Origin: Candidatus Eiseniibacteriota bacterium | Lineage (GTDB): Bacteria > Eisenbacteria > RBG-16-71-46 | Assembly: GCA_963717935.1 (NCBI GenBank) | Contig: CAVQXP010000004.1 | Location: forward strand, 640,001-704,000 | Direction of reading: 5' to 3' | Length of the DNA stretch: 64,000 nucleotides | Part shown: piece by piece, positions 1 through 9,603 of the stretch | How positions within the stretch are numbered: the first letter of the stretch is position 1 | How the letters are laid out: each line of letters begins with the position of its first letter | Program-made: the position numbers and the translations under genes | The notes under the pieces: model-generated | Databases searched by the model: none | Told to the model about the DNA's origin: nothing | What the model saw: the letters and a program-made list of their open reading frames with translations, nothing else

Positions 1-354
1 ACCTCGTCGCTGCAGCATGCGGCGGTCAAGGAGTCGGGCGTGGCCTTCCGGGGCCGGCACTGCCTGATGCTGGTGTTGACGCGTCCGGGTGAGCCGACCC
101 GCTTCGGCTTCGTCGCGAGCCGCAAGGCCGTGGGTGGGGCGGTCCAGCGCAACCGGGCCCGCCGCCGTCTGCGGGAGCTGGTGCGCCGCCGCTGGCCGCG
201 CCTGAGCGAGCACGGCTACTGGATCGAGTTCATCGCCCTCCGCGGAGTGCTCGCCGCGCCACACCAGGAGCTGGCCACCGAAGTGGAGCACCTGCTGGCA
301 CGTGCCGGGGCGCTCGCGCCCACACGCATCCCCGGGGCCCTGGGTCATGCGTAG
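1..354 (+). CDS. rnpA: Ribonuclease P protein component (5'-truncated by window edge)
   Basis: Open frame from base 1; [26 protein letters not shown] is the RNR motif; canonical position before yidD/yidC. Confidence 0.93.
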   Translation, partial: TSSLQHAAVKESGVAFRGRHCLMLVLTRPGEPTRFGFVASRKAVGGAVQRNRARRRLRELVRRRWPRLSEHGYWIEFIALRGVLAAPHQELATEVEHLLARAGALAPTRIPGALGHA

Positions 355-556
355 CCCGGCGCTCCTGCTCCTGCGTCTCTACCAGGTGCTGATCTCGCCG
401 GCCTTCCGCGGTTCCTGCCGTCACCTGCCCTCGTGCTCGGAGTACGCGCGTGAGGCCGTCGAACGCCACGGTGCGACTCGCGGACTGTGGCTCGCCCTGC
501 AGCGTCTCCTGCGCTGCCACCCGCTCGGCTCGAGCGGATACGACCCGGTGCCCTGA
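347..556 (+). CDS. yidD: Membrane protein insertion efficiency factor YidD
   Basis: YQVLISP...[12 protein letters not shown]...HG...G.WL...R..RCHP...GYDPVP signature; ATG at 347. Confidence 0.95.
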   Translation: MRSPALLLLRLYQVLISPAFRGSCRHLPSCSEYAREAVERHGATRGLWLALQRLLRCHPLGSSGYDPVP

Positions 557-558
557 CT

Positions 559-2403
559 ATGAATCGTCGCACGATGGTCTTCGTCGTCCTGCTGATGATG
601 GTGTTCCTCTTCTACCAGCCGCTGCTGAGGATGGCCGGGCTGGGCCAGTACCTCGACCCGCCGCGCCGGCCCATCCCCGCCGCGGTGGACACCACGCGCC
701 CGGACACCGCGGTGCCCCGCGCGACCGCTCCCGTCACGGCACCGCAGCCGGCCGCCGTCGGCACTGCGCCCCCCGTGGCCCCTCCTGCGACCCCCGCGCC
801 CGCGCAACTGGCGCCGCTGTCCATCCTGGCCCGGACGGGGGGGATCGAGAAGCGCTGGGCGCTCGAGACCCCGCTGTATCGCGCCGAGTTCACGAACCGC
901 GGCGCGCGGCTCCTCACGGTGGAGCTCAAGCGCTACGTCGCGGCCCACGGGGCCTCCGCGAAGAACGGCAGGCCGCTGCGGGTTCCGGTCGGACGCGAGG
1001 TGCCTGCGGGCGACCGCGTGGTGCTGGCCGGCGGGCCGCTCTTCGGCATGGACTTCGGCTCGGGCGCGGGGCTCCGCTCGCTGGCCGACGTGGTCTACGC
1101 CGTCGCCGAGAGCACCGACGCGTCGGGCGAGACGCGGGCCCTCACCTTCATCGCGGAGGACGACGCGGGGCTCGTCATCCGCCAGACCTGGCGCGTGCGG
1201 CCCGATACCTACGCGCTCGACCTCGAGGTGGAGACGCGCGGGATCCCCGATTCCTGGCGGCTGAACGACTACTCGCTGACCATGCGGACGTGGCCGGCCT
1301 TCACCGAGACGGACCGCAAGACCGATCTGAACGACGTGCGCGTCACGAGTCTCGTGGGACGCAACCTCCACCGCGATCCTCCCCGGGGTCTGGTGAAGGA
1401 TCACAAGTCCTACGAAGGGATGGTCGAGTGGACCTCGGTGCAGAGCCGCTACTTCCTCTGCGCCACCGTGATCGAGCAGGCCATCCCCCGCAGTGCGACG
1501 GGCCGCGGCGAGGAGCAGCCGCTGACCGACGCCGAGCTCGGCCAGCTCGCCGCCAACGAGAAGCCCGTGCAGGTCGTGGGGGTCGGCACCCTGGTCGTGG
1601 GGCTGCCGTCCTCGGAGCGGCCCCGCCAGCGCTTCATCGTCTACGTGGGCCCGAGCGACCTGCGCGTGCTGTCGCGCCTGGGTCACGACCTGGCGCGCGC
1701 GGTGGACCTGGGCTGGAACTGGATGCGGCCCATCAGCGAGTTGCTGCTGAAGCTGCTCGACTGGATCTTCGTCGTGGTGCGCAACTACGGCCTGGCCATC
1801 TTCGCCCTGGCGGTGCTGGTGCGCATCGTGCTGCACCCGCTCAATGCCTCGAGCCTGAAGAGCATGCGGGCCATGCAGAAGCTCCAGCCGGAGGTGGAGC
1901 GGCTCAAGCTGAAGTACAAGACCGACGCACAGGCCATGAACACGGCGCTCATGGCGTTGTACAAGGAGAACAAGGTGAATCCGGCGGGCGGCTGCCTGCC
2001 GATCCTGCTGCAGATGCCGCTCCTGATGGCGCTCTACCAGGTGCTGCTGAAGGCCATCGAGTTGAGGCAGGCGCCCTTCATCGGCTGGATCCACGATCTC
2101 TCGGCGCCCGACGTGTTGTTCAGCGTGAACTACGGCACCGGTCTCTTCCCGATCCGCCTGCTGCCGGTGCTGATGGCGGGCTCGGGGTTCCTGCTGCAGA
2201 AGTTCACGCCCACGAACCCGCAGCAGGCGCCGACGCAGTACCTGATGAACGCCTTCATGCTGGTGCTGTTCTACAACCTGCCGTCGGGGCTGGTCTTCTA
2301 CTGGACCGTGATGAATCTGGCCAGCGCGTTCCAGCAGTGGATGGTGCTGCGTCAGGACAGCTCTGCGGTGGTGGTGATGGAGTCCGCCGGGGGCAGGAAG
2401 TAG
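559..2403 (+). CDS. yidC: Membrane protein insertase YidC
   Basis: N-terminal TM, periplasmic domain, NYGLAI, MQKLQP, LYKENKVNPAGGCLP, WIHDLSAPD, PSGLVFYW motifs. Confidence 0.96.
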   Translation: MNRRTMVFVVLLMMVFLFYQPLLRMAGLGQYLDPPRRPIPAAVDTTRPDTAVPRATAPVTAPQPAAVGTAPPVAPPATPAPAQLAPLSILARTGGIEKRWALETPLYRAEFTNRGARLLTVELKRYVAAHGASAKNGRPLRVPVGREVPAGDRVVLAGGPLFGMDFGSGAGLRSLADVVYAVAESTDASGETRALTFIAEDDAGLVIRQTWRVRPDTYALDLEVETRGIPDSWRLNDYSLTMRTWPAFTETDRKTDLNDVRVTSLVGRNLHRDPPRGLVKDHKSYEGMVEWTSVQSRYFLCATVIEQAIPRSATGRGEEQPLTDAELGQLAANEKPVQVVGVGTLVVGLPSSERPRQRFIVYVGPSDLRVLSRLGHDLARAVDLGWNWMRPISELLLKLLDWIFVVVRNYGLAIFALAVLVRIVLHPLNASSLKSMRAMQKLQPEVERLKLKYKTDAQAMNTALMALYKENKVNPAGGCLPILLQMPLLMALYQVLLKAIELRQAPFIGWIHDLSAPDVLFSVNYGTGLFPIRLLPVLMAGSGFLLQKFTPTNPQQAPTQYLMNAFMLVLFYNLPSGLVFYWTVMNLASAFQQWMVLRQDSSAVVVMESAGGRK

Positions 2404-2785
2404 ACCGCGTGATGCCGCGGTGGACCGCGCGAACGGTGGCGCGGGGCCGCGCTCCCGGTCCGGTTCTCATCTGTTGTGGTCAGGGAGGTCGTACAGAGCT
2501 AGTCTAGAAGTACCCGAACGCGGTTGGGTCCGGACTCGCCACGCAGGCATCTCGTGCCCGCCGTGGATCCTCCGGCCCGATTCGCCTCCGCCGTGCGGGC
2601 GTCTCGCGGTCCCTTCATGGGCACCTGGCGGGCGTTCCGGCGAGGCTGCGAGAGGAAACACCCGCTGGCCGGGGGCCGGCGGGTCGGGGTCCGCCCCACC
2701 ATTCATGGTTCGCTTGCAGCGCGAGGGCAGGCATTCCAGGGTTCGCCTTGCCGCCCGGACGCGATGCGCAGGACTGAGGTGACCG

Positions 2786-4363
2786 ATGGCCCACATGGGC
2801 GATGTTTTCGAAGGCAGGACACTGGATACGGCGGTGACAAAGGGCCTGGACGCGCTGGGCCTCTCCCGCGCTGAAGTGATGATCACCATCCTCGAAGAGG
2901 GCTCGGGCGGATTTCTCGGCATCGGAGCGCGGCCCTACAGGGTGCGGATGATGCGGCGCCCCGGTGGCCCCCCCCTCCTGGATGCCGACGAACGGAGCCG
3001 TCGCGGAGCGGGGCGTGGCCGCCGCGATCGTGAGCGTGGAGCGACCACGGGACGCCCGGGGGAAGGAAGCCGCGGGTCCGGGGAGCGGCGCGATCGGCCG
3101 CGCGACCGGGGCGATGAGCGCAAGCGTGGCGAGCCGCGGCCGGAGCGTTCCGCCGAGCGCGGCGAGCGGCGGCCGGAGCGTTCCGCCGAACGTGGTGAGC
3201 GGCGGCCGGAGCGTTCCGCCGAACGCGACGAGCGGCGGCCGGAGCGTTCCGCCGAGCGGGGCGAGCGGCAGCCGAAGCGTTCCACCGAACGCGACGAGCG
3301 GCGGCCGGAGCGTTCCGCCGAGCGGGGTGAGCGGCGGCCGGAGCGTTCCGCCGAACGTGGCGAGCGGCGGCCGGAGCGTTCCGCCGAACGCGACGAGCGG
3401 CAGCCGGAGCGTTTCACCGAGCGCGACGAGCGGTGGCCGGAGCGTTCTGCGGAGCGCGACGAACGGCGTGGGGACCGTCCAGCTCCTCCGGAAGTCCAGG
3501 GCCCCGGAGCCGAAGCTCAAGGTGCGGGTGATCTCGACGGTGGCGAGGACCGCCGTCGTCGCCGCCGTGGCCGTCGGGGTGGGCGTCGCCGCCACGGTGA
3601 GGGTGCGGAGGGCCGGAGCGAGGCCGGGTTCTCGCCGCGCGAGTCCTCCGAGGAGCGTGGACCTGTTCATGAGGATCTCCCGGCGGAACGCGCCCCGGTC
3701 CACGATGAGTGGCCCATGGAGCGCGAGGTCTACGACGAACCGCCCGCTGTCCAGGTGGAGACGGCCGAGGCGCCGGAGCGCTTCGAGCCGCCGGTGCGCC
3801 GTGAGCCGCTGGAGCGCCCTGCGCGCGATCTCCCCCGCGAACCACGTCCCGAGACGTTCGACGGCCCCGGCCTCTCGGCCGACGAGTTGATCGCCCAGAG
3901 CACGCGCGTGACCGGGGATCTCCTCAAGGCCATGGGTTTTGAAGCCAAGATCAGCGCCACGGTGGACGGCAACCACGTGGATGTCACGGCAGAGGTCGCA
4001 ACGGACGAGGAACTGCTCACCGGCCGCAAGGGCGAGGTGAGGCAGGCCCTGCAGCACCTGCTCAATCGCATCCTCAACCGGGGCGAGGTCAGCCGCTACC
4101 ACCTGCAGCTCGAGATCAATGATTTCTGGAAGCGGCGCGAGGAGGAGTTGCGCGACCTGGCCCGCTCGCTGGCGGACGAGGCGATCGCCAGCGGTGGCGA
4201 GGCGGTGACCGAGTACCTGAACTCGCAGGAGCGGCGCATCGTCCACGTCACGCTCCGCGAGGACGCCCGCGTGAAGACCTATGCCCTGGGCACGGGCATG
4301 ATCAAACGCGTTGCGATCGCGCCGGCCGATTTCGAAGGCGGCCCGAGAGACGAGAGCGACTAG
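2786..4363 (+). CDS. khpB: Jag/KhpB (EloR) RNA-binding protein: Jag_N, long charged linker, KH, R3H
   Basis: Jag_N (EEGSGGFLGIGARP), KH (LTGRKGEVRQALQHLLN), R3H (ERRIVH); follows yidC; start could be 2795. Confidence 0.9.
   Translation: MAHMGDVFEGRTLDTAVTKGLDALGLSRAEVMITILEEGSGGFLGIGARPYRVRMMRRPGGPPLLDADERSRRGAGRGRRDRERGATTGRPGEGSRGSGERRDRPRDRGDERKRGEPRPERSAERGERRPERSAERGERRPERSAERDERRPERSAERGERQPKRSTERDERRPERSAERGERRPERSAERGERRPERSAERDERQPERFTERDERWPERSAERDERRGDRPAPPEVQGPGAEAQGAGDLDGGEDRRRRRRGRRGGRRRHGEGAEGRSEAGFSPRESSEERGPVHEDLPAERAPVHDEWPMEREVYDEPPAVQVETAEAPERFEPPVRREPLERPARDLPREPRPETFDGPGLSADELIAQSTRVTGDLLKAMGFEAKISATVDGNHVDVTAEVATDEELLTGRKGEVRQALQHLLNRILNRGEVSRYHLQLEINDFWKRREEELRDLARSLADEAIASGGEAVTEYLNSQERRIVHVTLREDARVKTYALGTGMIKRVAIAPADFEGGPRDESD
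3131..3460 (+). repeat. 10 x 33-bp in-frame tandem repeat encoding ERRPERSAER[G/D]
   Basis: Units such as gagcggcggccggagcgttccgccgaacgcgac read directly. Confidence 0.95.
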
Positions 4364-4381
4364 CCCGGTTCGAACTGGTTC

Positions 4382-4418
4382 GGCGCCGGGCTCTCTCGAG
4401 GGCCCGGCGCCTTTCTTT
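4382..4418 (+). terminator. Intrinsic terminator-like hairpin between khpB and mnmE
   Basis: ggcgccgggc (4382-4391) pairs with gcccggcgcc (4402-4411), followed by tttcttt. Confidence 0.65.
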
Positions 4419-4430
4419 GGAGCGGTCCCC

Positions 4431-5888
4431 ATGCTCGACCTCGACGACACCATCGCCGCCATCGCCACGGCCACCGGGGCCGCTGGCCTCGCGGTGGTGC
4501 GCGTGAGCGGTTCCTCCGCGCTCACCATCGCGGACGCGGTGTTCGAGGGCGCGCGGTTGTCGGAGGCGCCCTGCCACACGCTCCACCATGGCTGGGCCGC
4601 GTGGCCGGAGGCCGCGCAGGGATCCCGGGCGGACGGCCACCCGGTCGCGGGCCGCCCGGCATCCGCCGCTCCGGCCGGGCCGGCACGGGCGCCCCGTGCC
4701 CGGCTCGACGAGGTGGTCGCCGCCGTGTTCCGCGCTCCGCGCTCGTACACGCGCCAGGATGTGGTCGAGCTTTCCTGCCACGGCGGAGCGCTCTCCGCCG
4801 GGCGCGTGCTTGCGGCGTTGCTTGCGGCCGGGGCGCGTCCGGCGCGTCCCGGCGAGTTCACGTTGCGCGCCTTCCTCAACGGACGGCTCGATCTGACCCA
4901 GGCCGAGGCGGTGGCCGACCTCATCCACGCCGAGACGGAAGGGGCGCACGCGCTGGCGCTGGCGCAGTTGCGCGGCGAGCTCTCGCGGCAGCTCGCCACG
5001 ATCGCCGAGGCCCTGCGCGACGCCGTGACCGAGGTCGAGGCGCGCGTGGACTTCGCCGAGGACGTGGGGGGCGTCGAGGTGCCCGGGCACGTCCTCGACC
5101 GGATCATCGGGGCCGGGTCCGCGCTCACCGCGCTCCTCGAGGGCGCGGCCTACGGACGCGCGCTGCGCGAGGGCGTGCGGGTCGCCCTGGTCGGGCGGCC
5201 CAACGTGGGCAAGTCGTCGCTCTTCAACGCGCTCGTGGACGAGCGGCGCGCGATCGTGACCCCGGTTCCGGGGACGACGCGCGACCTGGTGAGCGAGGCG
5301 ATCGAGGTGGCCGGCGTGCGCGTGACGCTCGCCGATACGGCGGGCCTGCGCGAAGGCGGCGACGAGGCCGAGAGCGAAGGCGTGGCCCGCGCGCGCGCGG
5401 CGCTCGAGGAGAGCGCGGTCGTGCTGTGGGTCGTGGACGCCTCGGCGCCGCTGGACGCGGAGGACCTGCGAATCGCCGCGCGGCTCGCGGACCGCCGTGT
5501 GATCCTCGCGCTGAACAAGTGCGACCTGCCGGGCGTCGTGGAGGTCCGCGCGATCGAGGCGTCGCTCGGCGCCGGGCCCTTTGCGACGGTCACGACCTCC
5601 GCGACCCGGGGCGACGGGATCGCGGAGCTGAAATCGGCGCTGGGACGGCTGTTCGCGGGAGCGGGCGGGTTCGCAGGCGTGGTCGCCAACCCCCGCCACG
5701 CAGAGGCCCTCGGGCGTGCGCGGGAGGCCCTCGGGCGCGCGCGTGCGGTGGCCGTGGATGGCGCGCCCGGGGAGATCGTGTCGCTCGAGTTGCACGAGGC
5801 ACTCCAGGCCATCGGCGAGGTGACGGGCGAGGCGGTGGACGAGGATCTGCTCGAGCGCATCTTCAGCCGCTTCTGCATCGGCAAATGA
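4431..5888 (+). CDS. mnmE: tRNA modification GTPase MnmE
   Basis: DTIAAIAT, GEFTLRAFLNGRLDL, GRPNVGKSSL, PGTTRD, DTAG, NKCD, C-terminal IFSRFCIGK; ggag RBS before ATG 4431. Confidence 0.97.
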   Translation: MLDLDDTIAAIATATGAAGLAVVRVSGSSALTIADAVFEGARLSEAPCHTLHHGWAAWPEAAQGSRADGHPVAGRPASAAPAGPARAPRARLDEVVAAVFRAPRSYTRQDVVELSCHGGALSAGRVLAALLAAGARPARPGEFTLRAFLNGRLDLTQAEAVADLIHAETEGAHALALAQLRGELSRQLATIAEALRDAVTEVEARVDFAEDVGGVEVPGHVLDRIIGAGSALTALLEGAAYGRALREGVRVALVGRPNVGKSSLFNALVDERRAIVTPVPGTTRDLVSEAIEVAGVRVTLADTAGLREGGDEAESEGVARARAALEESAVVLWVVDASAPLDAEDLRIAARLADRRVILALNKCDLPGVVEVRAIEASLGAGPFATVTTSATRGDGIAELKSALGRLFAGAGGFAGVVANPRHAEALGRAREALGRARAVAVDGAPGEIVSLELHEALQAIGEVTGEAVDEDLLERIFSRFCIGK

Positions 5889-7867
5889 GCGCGTTCGACG
5901 TGGTGGTGGTGGGCGCGGGACACGCCGGCTGCGAGGCGGCCGCGGTGTGTGCGCGACTCGGGCTGCGCACCGCGCTCGTGAGCGCGGACCCCGGTGGCAC
6001 CGCGCGCATGTCGTGCAATCCGGCCATCGGTGGCATCGCCAAGGGGCACATGGTCCGGGAGTTGGACGCGCTCGGCGGCCTGATGGGGCTCGCGACGGAC
6101 CGCGCGGGCATCCAGTTCCGGATGCTCAACCGCGGCCGCGGCCCGGCCGTCTGGTCGCCGCGCGCACAGTGCGACAAGGCCCGCTACACGCTCGAGATGG
6201 CACGGTTGCTCGAGGGCGTCGTCGGGCTCGAGCGCGTGACCGGCGTGGTGGAGCGCGTGCTGCTCGAGCGCGGCGCGGTCGCGGCAGTGGAGCTCGCCGG
6301 CGGGCGGCGGTTGCGGTGCCGGGCGGCCGTCGTCACGCCCGGCACGTTCCTCGACGCGCTCATCCACATCGGTCCGCGCAAGTCCGAAGGCGGGCGCCTC
6401 GGGGAGCACGCTTCACGGGCGCTGAGCGAGAGTCTCGCCGCGCTCGGGCTCGAGCGCGGGCGCCTCAAGACCGGCACGCCGCCGCGCCTCCACCGCGACT
6501 CGATCGACTGGGATGCGCTGAAGCCGCAGCACGGCGACGAGCCGCCCGTGCCGTTCTCGCACTGGACGGAGACTCTCGAGGTCGAGCAGGTCCCGTGCTG
6601 GCTCACCCGCACCAACGCCCGCACGCACGAGGTCATCCGCGCCAACCTGCGACACTCGCCGCTCTTCTCGGGCGAGATCCGCGGACGTGGGCCGCGGTAC
6701 TGCCCGTCGATCGAGGACAAGGTGGTGCGGTTCCCGGGGAACGCGTCCCACCAGATCTTCCTCGAGCCCGAGGGGCGGGACGTGCCCGAGATCTACGTGA
6801 ACGGGATGTCCTCGAGCATGCCCGAGGAGGTGCAGCTCGAGTTCGTGCGCAGCGTGCGCGGGCTCGAGCGGGCGGTGATGCTGCGCCCTGGCTACGCCGT
6901 CGAATACGATTTCGTGCTGCCGCACCAGCTCGCGCCGACGCTCGAGGTGAAGCGCGTGCCAGGCCTGTTCCTGGCGGGACAGATCTGCGGCACCTCGGGC
7001 TACGAGGAGGCCGCGGTGCAGGGCCTCGCGGCGGGAGTGAACGCCGCGCACCGGCTGCTGGGGCGCGAGCCCTTCGTGCTGCGGCGCGATCAGGCCTACG
7101 CGGGCGTTCTCGTGGACGACCTCGTCACGCGCGAGCACTTCGAGCCGTATCGCATGTTCACCTCGGCCGCCGAGCACCGGCTATTGCTCCGCGCCGACAA
7201 CGCCGACGAGAGACTCGCCGCGATCGGCCACGGGCTCGGTCTGCTGACGGACGGCCAGGTGGCGCGCGTGCGCGCGAAGTACGACGCGATCGAGGCGGAG
7301 GAGCGCCGGCTGGCGCGCGTGACGGTCCGGGTCGCGGCGTGCGAGGTCGCCGCCGCCGCGTTCGGGGCACCGGTGGACGACGCGGAGGAGATGACGCGCG
7401 CGGCCGGCGCCGTGGCCACGGCGTGCGATGGCGCGACGCGCGCGCCGGTGGAGGCGGCTTCCGCGGCGGTGCGGTCGACCGCGCCGGGTCCTTCCATGCG
7501 CGGTCCGGTCAGTGCCCTCGAGTCCCTTGCGCGTCCCGGGGCCACGTATCAGGGGCTGCGATCGCTCGGCGTGGCCACGGACCTGCCCGCGACGTGGGGC
7601 GAGTGCCTTGAAGTGCGTGTGCGCTACCGCGGCTATATCGAACGCCAGCGTCGCGTCGCGGCCCAATCGGCGCGGTTGGAACACCTGGAGTTGCCCACGG
7701 CGCTGTGGGCCGGAGAACTGAACGGTCTCTCCCGCGAAGCCCGCGAGAAGCTCGCGCACCGGCAGCCCGCGACGGTCGGGCAGGCCGCGCGCATCGCGGG
7801 CGTGTCGCCCGCGGATGTCGCCGTGCTTCTGGTGCACGCGCGCCGGCTCAGGAGCCCGTCCGAGTAG
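5885..7867 (+). CDS. mnmG: tRNA uridine-5-carboxymethylaminomethyl modification enzyme MnmG (GidA)
   Basis: VVVVGAGHAGCEAA, MSCNPAIGG, LKTGTPPR, GPRYCPSIEDK, GYEEAA, EPYRMFTS; ATGA overlap with mnmE stop. Confidence 0.97.
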   Translation: MSAFDVVVVGAGHAGCEAAAVCARLGLRTALVSADPGGTARMSCNPAIGGIAKGHMVRELDALGGLMGLATDRAGIQFRMLNRGRGPAVWSPRAQCDKARYTLEMARLLEGVVGLERVTGVVERVLLERGAVAAVELAGGRRLRCRAAVVTPGTFLDALIHIGPRKSEGGRLGEHASRALSESLAALGLERGRLKTGTPPRLHRDSIDWDALKPQHGDEPPVPFSHWTETLEVEQVPCWLTRTNARTHEVIRANLRHSPLFSGEIRGRGPRYCPSIEDKVVRFPGNASHQIFLEPEGRDVPEIYVNGMSSSMPEEVQLEFVRSVRGLERAVMLRPGYAVEYDFVLPHQLAPTLEVKRVPGLFLAGQICGTSGYEEAAVQGLAAGVNAAHRLLGREPFVLRRDQAYAGVLVDDLVTREHFEPYRMFTSAAEHRLLLRADNADERLAAIGHGLGLLTDGQVARVRAKYDAIEAEERRLARVTVRVAACEVAAAAFGAPVDDAEEMTRAAGAVATACDGATRAPVEAASAAVRSTAPGPSMRGPVSALESLARPGATYQGLRSLGVATDLPATWGECLEVRVRYRGYIERQRRVAAQSARLEHLELPTALWAGELNGLSREAREKLAHRQPATVGQAARIAGVSPADVAVLLVHARRLRSPSE

Positions 7868-7910
7868 TCCGAAAGCGCGGCGGGGGAATCAGTCCCGGCG
7901 TGGGCGCCGG

Positions 7911-8097
7911 TCGCGGTGCGCGGCGCGGCGAGAGACCCAGGCGTGGCGCGCCGTCCGGCGCGAGCGCCGGGCGTGGTGCGCGGTCCGGCGCGAGACCTAG
8001 GCGTGGCGCGCGGTCCGGCGCAAGCGCCGGGCGTGGCGCGCGGTCCAGCGCGGGACCCAGGCGTGGTGCGCGGTCCGGCGCGAGCGCCGGGCGTGGC
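7911..8097. repeat. About 6 x 30-bp tandem repeat between mnmG and rsmG with alternating (60-bp) unit ends
   Basis: Units gcgtgg[c/t]gcgcggtccggcgcgag(cgccgg|acccag) at 7941, 7971, 8001, 8031, 8061; degenerate unit at 7911. Confidence 0.85.
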
Positions 8098-8215
8098 ACT
8101 GGGCGAGCAGAGGCACCATGCGCTCGCCCAGTGCCACCCCCGACGCCCGCTACTTCAACGCCTGCATTCGTCGTTACGGTGTCGGGTGGCCCGGCGCGTG
8201 CTAGAGTGCGCGGTC

Positions 8216-9466
8216 ATGAGAGAGCGCCGTCCGAGAGCCAGGCCGTCGAAGGGAACCCGTCGTCCTGCAAGGGGCGCTGCCGCCACCGGTGAACGCCGTG
8301 CCCGTCCGGGCGCAGGCAAGCCGCTCCGCGCGGGCGAGCGCCCGGCGCGTCCGGGCGCGGGCAAGCCGTTTCGCGCGGGCGAGCGTCCCGCACGTCCGGG
8401 CGCGGGCAAGCCGTTCCGCGCGGGCGAGCGTCCCGCGCGTCCGGGCGCGGGCAAGCCGTTTCGCGCGGGCAAGCGTCCCGCACGTCCGGGCGCGGGCAAG
8501 CCGTTTCGCGCAGGCGAGCGTCCCGCGCGTCCGGGCGCGGGCAAGCCGTTCCGCGCAGGCGAGCGCCCGGCGCGTCCGGGCGCGGGGAAACCGTTCCGCG
8601 CGGGCAAGCGCCCGGCGCGAAGGGGATCTGCCTCTCGCGAGACCTTCGGCGCACGACCGGAAGGCGGTTCCTGGGCCCCCGAATTGCGCTCTTCACGCAG
8701 CCGGAACCGGACCGGGGCTAAATCAAGGAACACCAAGAATGAAAATGGATTAAGACGTTCGGCTCCGGCCGGGCCCGTCAGGCGCGAGCCGTCGCGGGAC
8801 ATCGGGAAGTTGCTCGACCGCCAGCCCTGGGACTCGCTCACGCCGCACCTGCTGCGTGCGGGGACGGACATCGTCGAGGTATTGCCGCGCATCAGGCGGT
8901 TCGCCGAGCTCCTGCTGGAATGGAATCGTGGCTTCTCGAACCTGATCTCCACCAGCGACGAGACCCGGCTGGTGCAGCGACACATCCTTGAATCGCTCCA
9001 GCCGGCCCACTGGATCAAGTCCAGTGGCGCCCGGCGCTGGCTGGACTTCGGTTCTGGCGGCGGCCTCCCGGCGCTTCCCCTGGCGCTCGCCGGGATCGGG
9101 GAGAGCTGGACCCTGGTCGAGTCACGAAGGAACAAGACGTTATTCCTGCGTAAGGTAATTCAGGAGTTTGGGTTGAAGAACATAGAAGTGGAGCTGGCGA
9201 GGCTCGAGTCGCTCTCTGAAGAAGCGGACCGCCTTGGCAAGTTCGACGGCTTCACGTCGCGTGCGACGTTGCGGCTCGGACCGACGCTGGCACTTGCAGC
9301 AGATTGGGTTACACCGGGTGGCCTTGCATACCTCTGGAAGGGCAGCCGGAGGGAGCAGGAGATGGCCGAGGACCGCCGGTGGAAGGACTCCTGGGATCAG
9401 GACGGCTTGTTCGACATTGATTCCGGTCAGACTGTCGTGGCGAGATTCGTCAGAAAGACAAATTGA
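8216..9466 (+). CDS. rsmG: 16S rRNA m7G527 methyltransferase RsmG (GidB) with long repetitive basic N-terminal extension; start uncertain
   Basis: LLEWN..SNLIS, RHILESL, LDFGSGGGLP, LVESRRNKTLFL, TSRA; lies between mnmG and parA. Confidence 0.9.
   Translation: MRERRPRARPSKGTRRPARGAAATGERRARPGAGKPLRAGERPARPGAGKPFRAGERPARPGAGKPFRAGERPARPGAGKPFRAGKRPARPGAGKPFRAGERPARPGAGKPFRAGERPARPGAGKPFRAGKRPARRGSASRETFGARPEGGSWAPELRSSRSRNRTGAKSRNTKNENGLRRSAPAGPVRREPSRDIGKLLDRQPWDSLTPHLLRAGTDIVEVLPRIRRFAELLLEWNRGFSNLISTSDETRLVQRHILESLQPAHWIKSSGARRWLDFGSGGGLPALPLALAGIGESWTLVESRRNKTLFLRKVIQEFGLKNIEVELARLESLSEEADRLGKFDGFTSRATLRLGPTLALAADWVTPGGLAYLWKGSRREQEMAEDRRWKDSWDQDGLFDIDSGQTVVARFVRKTN
8288..8620 (+). repeat. 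7+ x 45-bp in-frame tandem repeat encoding G[E/K]RPARPGAGKPFRA
   Basis: Read directly; in frame with the rsmG catalytic domain. Confidence 0.92.
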
Positions 9467-9486
9467 TGCGTTGATTCGTCACGCCG

Positions 9487-9502
9487 GGTTTCACGTGGAA
9501 CA
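9487..9502. promoter_or_regulatory. parS site upstream of parA
   Basis: ggtttcacgtggaaca versus consensus tGTTtCACGTGaAACa. Confidence 0.88.
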
Positions 9503-9529
9503 ATCCTCTTGTTCCGCTCAGCTCCGCGC

Positions 9530-9538
9530 TGTTATCTT
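9530..9538 (+). promoter_or_regulatory. Putative extended -10 element for parAB
   Basis: TG-t-TATCTT about 65 bp upstream of the parA ATG. Confidence 0.35.
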
Positions 9539-9603
9539 GCCCCCACACCTCCCCCGTTGACCTCAGCCAGGTGGGCAAGGAATCGGCCCCCGCACGTAAG
9601 GAA

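Noticed and set aside
2404..2785. ncRNA or small ORF between yidC and khpB
   Set aside because: One GC hairpin (about 2660-2686) but no recognisable family or credible ORF; probably a promoter/leader
3131..8620. Tandem repeats as CRISPR arrays
   Set aside because: Head-to-tail units with lengths divisible by 3, no unique spacers, no cas genes
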